From NCBI GenBank assembly GCA_964652775.1, contig CAZZAM010000001.1:128023-192022 (forward strand): 64,000 nucleotides of DNA, given 5' to 3'. Position 1 is the first letter of the stretch. Each line of letters opens with the position of its first letter. This document shows, piece by piece, positions 27,604-36,306 of this stretch. A model generated the notes under the pieces. The model saw only the letters and a program-made list of their open reading frames with translations, was not told the origin of the DNA and did no database searches. A program made the translations under genes and the position numbers. This stretch comes from an uncultured candidatus Brocadiaceae bacterium. GTDB taxonomy: Bacteria; Planctomycetota; UBA11346.

Positions 27604-29075
27604 AGACGTCCATGCAACCGGTGGCCCCTCTGGATCTGCGGATCCCGATGAGCGACGGTGCATTGATTGCCGTGCATCGTTATCCAGCCCCGAACGGTGC
27701 ACCCGCACCAGCGGTGCTCATGACCACGCCGTACATGAAAGAGGGCAACGCCGGTTGGGCGCGGCGTCTGAATGAGTGCGGCTACGAAGCCTTGATCGCT
27801 GACGTCCGTGGCATCAACGGTTCGCAGGCGCGGTACGAAGGCCTGTTTTCGGAGCGAGAAATTCAGGACGGAGCTGAATTGGTAGAATGGATCGCGCGCC
27901 AGCCGTTTTGTGACGGCGGAGTTGCGCTCGGTGGAGCGTCGTACTGTGGTGCCAACCAACTGCTCATCGCGGCGCGCCAGCCGAAGGGCCTGCGCTGCAT
28001 CGCGCCGACCGTCTCGCCCGTGGATACCTACCGCGATATGTTTCACCGCGGCGCCATGCCCACGCATGTCTGGTGGCCCACCCATACCTACCTGCCATCC
28101 CGCCAGACGGACACCATGCAGCGAGGCTTGGTGGGATTTTTCAACGACGTGCTCTGTCCACCGTGCGACAACGAAGCGCATCGCCGCCGCTCCCCCGAAG
28201 CTGGACTCACGAAAATCACCTGTCCGGTACTCTGCCTCGGTGGCTGGCACGACTATTTCCTGCGCGGCACGATCCGTGTCTTCAACCTCGTCAGCGGTCC
28301 CAAGCGTCTCGTTGTCGGACCGTGGGGACATTGCGAGTCTGATGCCTTCGATGAATTGATTCCGTGGCTCGACTACTGGTTGCGTGGACGTGGTCCTAAT
28401 CCGACCACGAGCGAACGAGTGCGACTATTTCGCACCGGCATTGATCGCTGGGAAAGTCGCGACGATTGGGTCAACACGGCGCGTATGCAGTGGCAACGCT
28501 GGCATCTCATCACTACAGCCGCAGCTATTCCCGTTCACGCGAACATCAGCACGGTCGGTGCCGCACTCAATCCCAAACGGCAACACGCCGGCGATGCCCG
28601 CGATGGTATCTCGGTGTGGGCCGAGGATGGCGTCTTCGATGGCGAACCTGTTACCGCCGTAACTGATCTCACCGGGCCGATCGGCGTCCGCCTCGTCATG
28701 TGTTCATCGGAATGTCGTGATCTCGACCTGCGTGTTCGTCTATCTGTGGTCGCCGCTGATGGCTCCTGCCTGCAACTCGTGGAAGGACGACTGCGCGCCA
28801 GTCATCGCGCAACCAACGTAGAAAAAAGTTGGCGCACGAACGACGGTGAGGTCGTCGTTCCCTGGCATGAACACGAGCGCGAGGAATTGCTGCCGCTGGG
28901 TGAATCGGTCGCCATCGATATGGAAGTTGATCCGATCTGCCACCGACTGGCACCCGGCGATCGCTTACGCATGGGCATCACCATCGTCCGCGCCGACGAC
29001 GTGGTCGCCCCCTCCAGCGTGATCATCGATCCGCAGACCCGCATCCTGCTGCCGGTTGAAACTCATACGAACTGA
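27588..29075 (+). CDS. CocE/NonD family (S15 X-Pro dipeptidyl-peptidase-like) hydrolase
   Basis: 'IPMSDGALIAVHRYPAPNG..PAVLMTTPYMKEG' is followed by 'DVRGINGSQARYEG' and 'GGASYCGANQLL' (nucleophile elbow). The C-terminus is a beta-sandwich. An alternative start at 27612 would avoid overlapping the GH9 gene. Confidence 0.75.
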   Translation: MANSVKTSMQPVAPLDLRIPMSDGALIAVHRYPAPNGAPAPAVLMTTPYMKEGNAGWARRLNECGYEALIADVRGINGSQARYEGLFSEREIQDGAELVEWIARQPFCDGGVALGGASYCGANQLLIAARQPKGLRCIAPTVSPVDTYRDMFHRGAMPTHVWWPTHTYLPSRQTDTMQRGLVGFFNDVLCPPCDNEAHRRRSPEAGLTKITCPVLCLGGWHDYFLRGTIRVFNLVSGPKRLVVGPWGHCESDAFDELIPWLDYWLRGRGPNPTTSERVRLFRTGIDRWESRDDWVNTARMQWQRWHLITTAAAIPVHANISTVGAALNPKRQHAGDARDGISVWAEDGVFDGEPVTAVTDLTGPIGVRLVMCSSECRDLDLRVRLSVVAADGSCLQLVEGRLRASHRATNVEKSWRTNDGEVVVPWHEHEREELLPLGESVAIDMEVDPICHRLAPGDRLRMGITIVRADDVVAPSSVIIDPQTRILLPVETHTN

Positions 29076-29087
29076 CCAAGGAACCCT

Positions 29088-29867
29088 ATGGCTCTCGCTC
29101 ATCTCCACTACTGGAGTCCCGCTCTGCAAAAGCAGTGCGGCATGTTTGTCGCCATGCCTGATGCAGCGAGCAAGCCGCGACCGGTCGTGTATCTCCTGCA
29201 CGGTTTATCCGACGACCACACAATGTGGCAGCGTCGCTCGTCGATCGAGCGATACGCTGAGCGCTGCGGACTGATCGTCGTGATGCCCGATGGCGCACGT
29301 TCCTTCTACACCAACGCTGCTGATGGCTCTGGTAACTACGAACAACACATTCTGGATTCCATCGCCTATGTCGAACGTACCTTGCACTGCCGCAGTGATC
29401 GTGCAGCACGCGGCATCGGCGGTCTGTCCATGGGTGGCTACGGCGCGCTGAAAATCGCCCTCAAACATCCAGAACTCTTTTCTTCGGTGGCGATCCACTC
29501 CGCCCCCCTGGACATCGACAAGTGTCGCATCAGCAAGGACCGCAAGTCGCTATTCAACCGCGTTTTCGGCCCGGCCATCACACCGACCGAGGACTGCTTT
29601 GCTCTCGTCCGCAAGCTCAAGCGCATGAAGACGCGCTTCCCGCGTCTGCGCATCGATTGCGGCACCGAGGATGGTCTCATCGGACACAATGATCGGATGC
29701 ATGCGCTACTCAAACAACTTGGTGTCGAACACCATTACGGAACCCCGCCGGGTGGGCATGATTGGGAATACTGGGATCTCCATGTGCAATCAGCACTGGA
29801 GTTTCACCGCGACACGTTCGCGGGAATTTCCCGACGCGTCAGCCACCGCCGTCGCGCAAAAGCCTAG
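29088..29867 (+). CDS. Esterase (esterase D / CE1-like alpha/beta hydrolase)
   Basis: 'PVVYLLHGLSDDHTMW', 'GLSMGGYGALKIAL' (GxSxG) and 'GGHDWEYW'. Length is 259 aa. Confidence 0.85.
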   Translation: MALAHLHYWSPALQKQCGMFVAMPDAASKPRPVVYLLHGLSDDHTMWQRRSSIERYAERCGLIVVMPDGARSFYTNAADGSGNYEQHILDSIAYVERTLHCRSDRAARGIGGLSMGGYGALKIALKHPELFSSVAIHSAPLDIDKCRISKDRKSLFNRVFGPAITPTEDCFALVRKLKRMKTRFPRLRIDCGTEDGLIGHNDRMHALLKQLGVEHHYGTPPGGHDWEYWDLHVQSALEFHRDTFAGISRRVSHRRRAKA

Positions 29868-29908
29868 AGTCCATAAGCCTCATGTCGGCGTTTGAAAAAA
29901 GTTCTAGC

Positions 29909-30057
29909 TCCGGCGATGGGATAACATGGAGGACCGGAGGAACGGAGCAGACATGGGCTTAGAGAAACAACGGTGTTCGCCCAGCAGGCAAGTGCTCCTT
30001 TCGCCACAAATCCTGTGCGGCTCCGGTTCTCCATGTCGATCGAATGCTGCGTATAGG
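29909..30057 (+). repeat. Hairpin repeat element, copy 2 (one 8-nt arm unit shorter)
   Basis: It aligns with 15227-15384 and 36140-36296. The 3' arm is GGCTCCGG------TTCTCCATGT. It sits in a convergent intergenic gap. Confidence 0.85.
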
Positions 30058-30058
30058 T

Positions 30059-31156
30059 TTAACGATCACTGGTCGCTGACGGCACTGATCCAACCGCCAC
30101 ATCTGCAAATGTCGCAACCGCAGGATCGGTTACGTCTTCGTTGCTCACTACCACACCTGCGAGCAACGGCCCAGTGAAACTGGGAACCGTCATCGACTTT
30201 CCGACGCTGATCCAGGTCCGTCCATCATGGGACATTCCAGCGCTGATTTCCCTTTCACGGCGAACGAGGCGCAACCAGAGCGGATATGCTTCGTTCGCAA
30301 GCACCACTGATTCAATACGGCGGCCAGGGGTGTAACGACAACCCACTCTGACCCCATGATCCTTGTCTTGACCAAAAAATACCTTCGCGCTGTCTGTCTC
30401 CGTGGACAACCGGAGCATGATTCCAGCAAAGCCCTTTCCCTTGGCGCTCAGCGACATCAGCCGGGTGCTGACCATGCCGTCACCGATAAGCGTTGTTGCC
30501 GCCACCCGACAGATATCGCGATCATTCCAAATCACCTTTCCAACTCCACGCAGCGTCCAAATTCCAGCTGCTATATCTGGTCCTGAACCCATGTTGGGAA
30601 GACCAATATCGTAGCATGTCCAACCGGACAATCCCGTTATTGGTGCTGTAGTCGTCTTAGCGCGTGACGGCGGCGGCTGGATCGGACGAGTCGCCACCGG
30701 TACTGTAGGTACTGAAACCGGAGCTCGCTCGGTAGCGGATGGGCTTTGCAGCGGAGGCGCCTGAGTGACCGGGGTAACCGGGACTATCGTCGCAGCCGCG
30801 CTGGATGTCTCTGGTCGTCGCAACAACGACCACATGGTCACGAGAGACAGAGTGACAACGGCCACGACTGCCAAGAGCACCAATTGACGGGATCCGCCCG
30901 TCGATTGACGCACCTGCTGGCGGTCTTTCTGCATGCGATCCGAGGACGTTTCACGCTCCCATGAAGCCAACATCGAGGACACGGTTCCCAGCGGATGTCC
31001 AAAGATATCCCGTATCTGATCTTCCGACTGCGCTTCACCCTTGCGAAAAAGTTCGCGGACCCCAGCACGATCGAACGGACCACGGTCACCACGCAGGGTC
31101 AGAACGAAAAACGACTTGGCCGCTGGATCAGACATGGATGTCTGGGTAATATCCAA
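30059..31156 (-). CDS. Hypothetical single-pass membrane protein (GYF_2-like N-domain, Pro-rich linker, ConA/LamG-like C-domain; tentative)
   Basis: 365-aa ORF. It contains 'FFVLTLRGDRGPFDRAGVRELFRKGE', the TM segment LVLLAVVAVVTLSLVTMWSLL, a P/T/A-rich linker, and a C-terminal beta-rich segment of about 170 aa. Confidence 0.5.
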   Translation of the reverse strand: MDITQTSMSDPAAKSFFVLTLRGDRGPFDRAGVRELFRKGEAQSEDQIRDIFGHPLGTVSSMLASWERETSSDRMQKDRQQVRQSTGGSRQLVLLAVVAVVTLSLVTMWSLLRRPETSSAAATIVPVTPVTQAPPLQSPSATERAPVSVPTVPVATRPIQPPPSRAKTTTAPITGLSGWTCYDIGLPNMGSGPDIAAGIWTLRGVGKVIWNDRDICRVAATTLIGDGMVSTRLMSLSAKGKGFAGIMLRLSTETDSAKVFFGQDKDHGVRVGCRYTPGRRIESVVLANEAYPLWLRLVRREREISAGMSHDGRTWISVGKSMTVPSFTGPLLAGVVVSNEDVTDPAVATFADVAVGSVPSATSDR

Positions 31157-31286
31157 GGCGGGCCTCAGCCCGCAACCACCCCAAATATACCGTAATGCAA
31201 CACAATCACCGCTTTAATTGCGATGTTTAGGTGGCTTATTCGCCGCAGAGCTCGTCATCCCGTCCTTTGAACTGCGGATTATGGGA

Positions 31287-34200
31287 TTACGGCGATGTAA
31301 ACGCTTCGGTACGGCCCTGCGTCGTTGGACCCATCCTGGGATCGACAATCGGATTTCCGTGCCAACGGCTGAAAATAGAGTGAGCCCCGGTCATCGATCC
31401 ATCACCGGCCGGATCAACCGCGATAACCCGTTCAAGACTGGCCTCGGTCGCCAACTTGTCATTGCGACGATCCCAGAGTTCAGACCGGATGAACAGGCGC
31501 CACTTGTTGCACTGGCCGATATTCCAACGACCGGTTACCGAAAAATGTAGCTGCGGATCACCAACAGTGACAATGCCAGCGCCGGACACCGTTGTGGCAT
31601 CGACGATGCCGTCGCCATTGAGGTCAAGTGCCGGAGTGCCAAAGAGGCTCATACGAACGTCGTTCAAACGGTGCTCCAATTGACGCGACAGTGCCGCCCA
31701 GGTGGGCTTGTAATCAACATAGATCCCACTGGCGGCCGGATTTTCAATGGTTGGCCAGCCGAGGGACGTGTAGAGCTTGGTACCTGGATCGCGAACTCCC
31801 TTCACCGCGTAATTACGATATCCGTATTGACCAGGGTTACCGTCCTGGTTCAGAGCCATTCCACCACTCGACGTACAGCCTGCCGATCTGGTGGTACCAA
31901 TTTCAGTAGTGATGCCCGATAGCGCGTTCAACTGGTTCATCCGACCGAGTGGATACGGTGCCGAGTGGTCATTGGAGGGTGCCCCCAGATACACGGAATA
32001 ATCACTCGCGCTCATGGCTGTTGTACTCGCGTGGCTCGCTGCGTTGGTGTAGGCGATGGAAATACCCAAGTGGGCTAGGAACACCGTTTCCACGTCCTCA
32101 ATCTTGTCGTAACCCGTACTCAGTCCGGAAACTAATTTTCCATACTTGCGGTCAGACAAACAATCAACCAGGGTTTTCCAGAGCGCTGCAGTAATATCGT
32201 TCTGATATGACAACCGCTCATCCACCGTGTCGTTATTGTTACTCAGCAACGAATCACCCCCATTATCTGGCCGATTGCGGAAATAGTGGGTCTGGGAGTT
32301 ACTGTTCTGATAAAATTGACCAAAGACAAACACGTGGAACATATCTTCACCCGACCCTTGGCCAACGAATGGTGCCAATGGCGTGGTGTATTGCGTGGTC
32401 GCAGGAGCCGTAACGCTTGAATTCATCGCACGCTGGCACGAGGCAATGCCACCACCGTTAGCGTTTTGTAAATATGGAAAGCGAGCATAGCCAAACACCT
32501 CTGCAGGGGTAGCGACCACCTTAACGGCATGGCCAGGTGGGCTGGTGACGTACGCTACATAGGCAGTCGAATCGACACCGTTCAAGGTGAACACGCTGGT
32601 GCTGACCACCGTGACCGTATAGGGGCCACCATTCACCATAGTCATCCCCAGAACATCAGAAATATTTACCTGGTCCCCAGTAACCAATCCGTGAGATGCC
32701 GCTGTTACTGCGCACGGATTCGCCCTAGTAATTGCCGTAATATCCCGTCGCACTTCATCCACGGCGACCAATTCATCACGCACGGGATTCTTCCACACCA
32801 ATGGAGCATCGCCGGCGAAGGCATCGTTGCGGAAATAATACGTGCCCACCTCGGTACCATTCGCTGGCGGTCGCTTGTAGGTCGTGGTCAACACCACTGT
32901 ATTGCCTGCGCCGAGTGGAGGCAGCGCGCCGCCCTCAATGCCATCAGCGCCAGTTTTGGCCATACCGTCATCCCACACCGCAGCGAAAGCATCGCCCATC
33001 GTCGGACAGGCCTTGCGCGGGGGTATGGGTAACAAGTTACGCTGGTTCATCGAATAATTGAGGTGCGCCGAGCCGCTGCGCGACCGCGTGATGTAGTTAT
33101 CGATCTGACTATACCAATCCCCGGTCATGCCCGCGACCATGGCGACGCCCATTTCACGGGGCATCAATAGCATATTGACGTACCAGGGACAATCGATGTC
33201 CGCCAAACTGCCGTCGCCTTGGTTTCGTTTGGGCGACTTGGTTCGATCCAGATCAACTCCAAATGGGGTCGTACTGAAACAGCAGAGATCGACTGCGCGC
33301 GTTTGCGTACTGAGACTTTGCGTCAGGTCCGTAGATACCGAGCTCGACTCAAACCCCAATTTGGTGTGATACTGTGCCCAGCTCGCATTGGGTCCGGGTT
33401 GGAATTTCATCGGCGATGCCGGCGCTGACCACGGACTGCCGGGATCGGACGCCATGTCGTAGTTATAGAAATTACCTAACCAGCCCTGTCCCACAGCGAT
33501 ATTCATCATGCGGGTCAGCACGCCAGGAACGGCACTGCCCTTGTTGAGGCTCATGCTTACGCCATTGATCACAACCGTGGTTTTCACGTACGTTGGCGTG
33601 GCCCCCGACCAAGCATAAAATGCCGTGTTACCCTCTTGTCCGACGGGACCAGTGTACACCAAGCTACTGTTCTTTTTCACCCGGCCGGTTGATGAACCAT
33701 CGGTGACGCCCATGGCTCCGAACATGTTGCCGAGGGCCGTCGCATACTGCTGGGCCAGTGGGAAACTCGCACCGACCCAATCGGTATCGACTGGATCAAC
33801 CATGAAGGTCTGCTCGGCATTTGCCTGACTCAGACTGATCGTGGCGTTCGATCCTACAGCATACGACAAGGCCGCCGTTTTTCCCGAACCGAAGTAGGCC
33901 GCATCGCTCAGAAAAGCGACTGTTCCAGAGGCGATGGCAGCGGTTTCACCAGCACTGGGGGACGCAAACACTTCACCTGCGCCAGAGGGAACAATCTGAT
34001 TGCGTAGTCCATAGCGGAAGCGACCGCCGGTGGTCTTGGATAAAATATCCGGTCTGAAGTTGATGCTCATGTTCCCATCGAGGGGCAGCGCCATCACGGA
34101 AATCCGCGCCTCGTAGGCTGCTGATGCACGACTGGTCACCGGTAGGGGAATGAAGTTCTGATCATAATAAGCCATGGTGAACCATTTGGGCCAAGTCGCC

Positions 34201-35099
34201 GCGTTGGCGTTGTTGTACACCAGGCCGCGGAATCCATCGTAACTGTTCTGTGATTGCCAACTGGCGTTATCGCTGCCATTTTGGAACCAACCGGTGTTCA
34301 AACTGTTGCGCCACGGAGCGTACTGCATCGGCACCGCCAAAGTCCGCGCATCCATGCTGTCAACGATCGTCGGCCGCGTCGGATCACTCCAGGGAGTTGG
34401 GCTGCCCGCTCCTACGGCAATGAGGTTCCACCGCGTACTCGCCGGCGGGACCGTGGCGGTTGGACCGTTGGCAGCGTTACAGAGATAGTATGCCCCCGAG
34501 TAGAAAACATACTGGCCAGCGCTGTAACTAAGACTCGCCGACCACACCCTTGATGGGCCATACTGGTTGGCTGGCCATTGGCTGCTGGTCGTGCCCAGCG
34601 CATTGATGTCGGTGGTGCCGTCGGTCGCGCCAACCCGGCCTTCAAAGAAAAACTTCCAATTGAGACCCGTCCGCGCGGCAGGCACGACGGGGATCGGCCC
34701 ACCGTAATTATACATGACCTGACGCTCGGTTTGATTGGGAATATACACGTCCGGATAGCGCTGGGGTAGCTGCGCGGTGAACGCCGCTTGGTAGTCACTC
34801 ATCAGGATCTGCTGCGCGTACATCGCTCCAGCAATGGCTGTTTGCGCCGCAATTTGTCCAGCCGTTTGACGGGTTCCGCTCTCGCGCTGACTAGCCATCA
34901 AACCGACGAAGGTACCAGCCAACATCACGATCGTCCCCAGAATGAGCAGGACCATGAGTGCTACTGACCCGCGACGCGCAGTGTCGCCTGGGGGTGTGCA
35001 TGGCTGACGGAAACGCACGAACTGCAACGACACAGTCCGGACTTCTACATTCGCGATGGACAGACGCTGCTTGCTCTGAACTTGATAGCACATGATCAC
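31287..35099 (-). CDS. Giant GspK/PilX-like minor pseudopilin (1270 aa)
   Basis: The N-terminus 'ARRGSVALMVLLILGTIVMLAGTFVGL' is GspK-type, with no Glu at +5. The start (GTG 35099 or ATG 35093) abuts or overlaps the stop of the upstream pseudopilin gene. Confidence 0.7.
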   Translation of the reverse strand: MIMCYQVQSKQRLSIANVEVRTVSLQFVRFRQPCTPPGDTARRGSVALMVLLILGTIVMLAGTFVGLMASQRESGTRQTAGQIAAQTAIAGAMYAQQILMSDYQAAFTAQLPQRYPDVYIPNQTERQVMYNYGGPIPVVPAARTGLNWKFFFEGRVGATDGTTDINALGTTSSQWPANQYGPSRVWSASLSYSAGQYVFYSGAYYLCNAANGPTATVPPASTRWNLIAVGAGSPTPWSDPTRPTIVDSMDARTLAVPMQYAPWRNSLNTGWFQNGSDNASWQSQNSYDGFRGLVYNNANAATWPKWFTMAYYDQNFIPLPVTSRASAAYEARISVMALPLDGNMSINFRPDILSKTTGGRFRYGLRNQIVPSGAGEVFASPSAGETAAIASGTVAFLSDAAYFGSGKTAALSYAVGSNATISLSQANAEQTFMVDPVDTDWVGASFPLAQQYATALGNMFGAMGVTDGSSTGRVKKNSSLVYTGPVGQEGNTAFYAWSGATPTYVKTTVVINGVSMSLNKGSAVPGVLTRMMNIAVGQGWLGNFYNYDMASDPGSPWSAPASPMKFQPGPNASWAQYHTKLGFESSSVSTDLTQSLSTQTRAVDLCCFSTTPFGVDLDRTKSPKRNQGDGSLADIDCPWYVNMLLMPREMGVAMVAGMTGDWYSQIDNYITRSRSGSAHLNYSMNQRNLLPIPPRKACPTMGDAFAAVWDDGMAKTGADGIEGGALPPLGAGNTVVLTTTYKRPPANGTEVGTYYFRNDAFAGDAPLVWKNPVRDELVAVDEVRRDITAITRANPCAVTAASHGLVTGDQVNISDVLGMTMVNGGPYTVTVVSTSVFTLNGVDSTAYVAYVTSPPGHAVKVVATPAEVFGYARFPYLQNANGGGIASCQRAMNSSVTAPATTQYTTPLAPFVGQGSGEDMFHVFVFGQFYQNSNSQTHYFRNRPDNGGDSLLSNNNDTVDERLSYQNDITAALWKTLVDCLSDRKYGKLVSGLSTGYDKIEDVETVFLAHLGISIAYTNAASHASTTAMSASDYSVYLGAPSNDHSAPYPLGRMNQLNALSGITTEIGTTRSAGCTSSGGMALNQDGNPGQYGYRNYAVKGVRDPGTKLYTSLGWPTIENPAASGIYVDYKPTWAALSRQLEHRLNDVRMSLFGTPALDLNGDGIVDATTVSGAGIVTVGDPQLHFSVTGRWNIGQCNKWRLFIRSELWDRRNDKLATEASLERVIAVDPAGDGSMTGAHSIFSRWHGNPIVDPRMGPTTQGRTEAFTSP

Positions 35100-36109
35100 G
35101 GCGCCTTGGTGGTAAAGGTAAATGCCTGACGCAGACCGGTGGCCCGGTCCACCAGGGTCAAGGCAATCTGCAACTGCCGGGGACGCAGCAGATTCGACGC
35201 GGTGTCCGTCGTGGTATAACCCTCACCATCGATGCTCGTATTGTATCCGCCCCCAGCATCGGCCACGGTCACTCCCGCACGGGTGAGCATGCTGATCGAA
35301 CAGTCTTCGACGTTATCGACGAGAACCCGCGTTTGATCTGGAATGGGAACCGCATCCCAAATGCTGGTCAATGCGGTGTTAGACAACGATAAGTTGAGTT
35401 GATCTGCTGCGATCATCGAGTTAGGAACCTGGTTGCTGATGGGATTGGTGGTCCGCTCAGCGGTCATGCCCAAATAATTACGGGTTGTTCCATCGGCATC
35501 GACGCCGGTCAGAAACAGCATATCGTAGATCTTCACTTGTCTCGCCACGGCGGGGGTGGCGGACAGTGGATCGTAGAAGCTCATTATGCCATTGAGGAAT
35601 TCGCTATAGGTACGGACCGCACTGGGGCGCGCTCCGATAACCGGCCGGAACATCATACCAATGTCATTGATGGTGAACATGCGCAGATTCGGATACCAGA
35701 CATAGCCATACGCCGGGGGTGACGCCGCCCGGGTCAGGCTCCGCGAAGCGGCCTTCCACTCCCAGCGCACCCAACCGAAATCCACGTCCTTAGGAAAATT
35801 GTAAGAGGCCTGTTCCCAAAATTCGCGCGCTGAACGCATACCAGTGAACTGGACTATCGACTTAACGCCACCGCTGTAGGTGGTGGTCCCATTGCAGGCG
35901 ACATGCTGCAAGAGACAGGCCATGTCGCGTTCCCATTGCTCGGCGATGTCCCCGGCTTGGCGATGCAAACGAACGGTGGCTTCAGCGCGTTGGATCAGGC
36001 GCTTGCTGTGTTGATACGCCGCCATGGCCAATCCCATGACGGCCATACCCAAGGCCATGGCCACCATCATTTCGATCAGCGTGAAACCACGACGTGACAT
36101 CACCGTCAT
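35096..36109 (-). CDS. GspJ-like pseudopilin (about 337 aa)
   Basis: ORF 35096..36310, but residues 1-67 are a read-through of the repeat element. The start is probably Met68 or Met71 (36109/36100), giving MTVMSRRG|FTLIEMMVAMALGMAVMGLAMAAY, a prepilin cleavage/methylation motif. Confidence 0.75.
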   Translation of the reverse strand: MTVMSRRGFTLIEMMVAMALGMAVMGLAMAAYQHSKRLIQRAEATVRLHRQAGDIAEQWERDMACLLQHVACNGTTTYSGGVKSIVQFTGMRSAREFWEQASYNFPKDVDFGWVRWEWKAASRSLTRAASPPAYGYVWYPNLRMFTINDIGMMFRPVIGARPSAVRTYSEFLNGIMSFYDPLSATPAVARQVKIYDMLFLTGVDADGTTRNYLGMTAERTTNPISNQVPNSMIAADQLNLSLSNTALTSIWDAVPIPDQTRVLVDNVEDCSISMLTRAGVTVADAGGGYNTSIDGEGYTTTDTASNLLRPRQLQIALTLVDRATGLRQAFTFTTKAP

Positions 36110-36139
36110 GGATGCGGACGTTGCGACACGCCTGCTAGA

Positions 36140-36296
36140 TCCGGCGATGAGATCACATGGAGGAACGGAGGAACGGAGCAGGCATGGGCTTGGAGAATCA
36201 ACGGCATTCACCCAACATGTGATTGCTTTCTTCGCCGCGCATACCGTGCGACTCCGGTCCTCCGGTTCTCCATGTCGATCAGATGCTGCGTTTGGG
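36140..36296 (+). repeat. Hairpin repeat element, copy 3 (inside the pseudopilin operon)
   Basis: It aligns with the copies at 15227 and 29909. It occupies the 197-nt gap between the I-like and J-like pseudopilin genes, in the orientation opposite to transcription. Confidence 0.85.
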
Positions 36297-36306
36297 ATCA
36301 TGGAAC

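Noticed and set aside
31157-31180. GCGGGC-ctca-GCCCGC hairpin downstream of the pseudopilin operon as a rho-independent terminator.
   Set aside because: On the transcribed (minus) strand the stem is not followed by a U-run. It also lies upstream of, not after, the operon's last stop relative to the neighbouring gene. Evidence is insufficient.
32417-32424. Sixth TGAATTCA copy, inside the GspK-like coding sequence. Near-matches also occur at 17584-17595 (GGTAATTCAGCG), ~1927 and ~13946 (TGAATTCT).
   Set aside because: The flanks do not match the G[C/G]..[G/C][C/T] consensus or the core is imperfect. All are deep inside ORFs, so I treated them as chance occurrences and not as operators.
31287-35099. 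I asked whether the phage-like module and the giant ORF indicate a prophage or mobile island.
   Set aside because: The window has no integrase, terminase, capsid, tail or transposase genes and no flanking tRNA or att-like repeats. The ORF is translationally coupled to pseudopilin genes. This is domain acquisition at most, not a mobile element.
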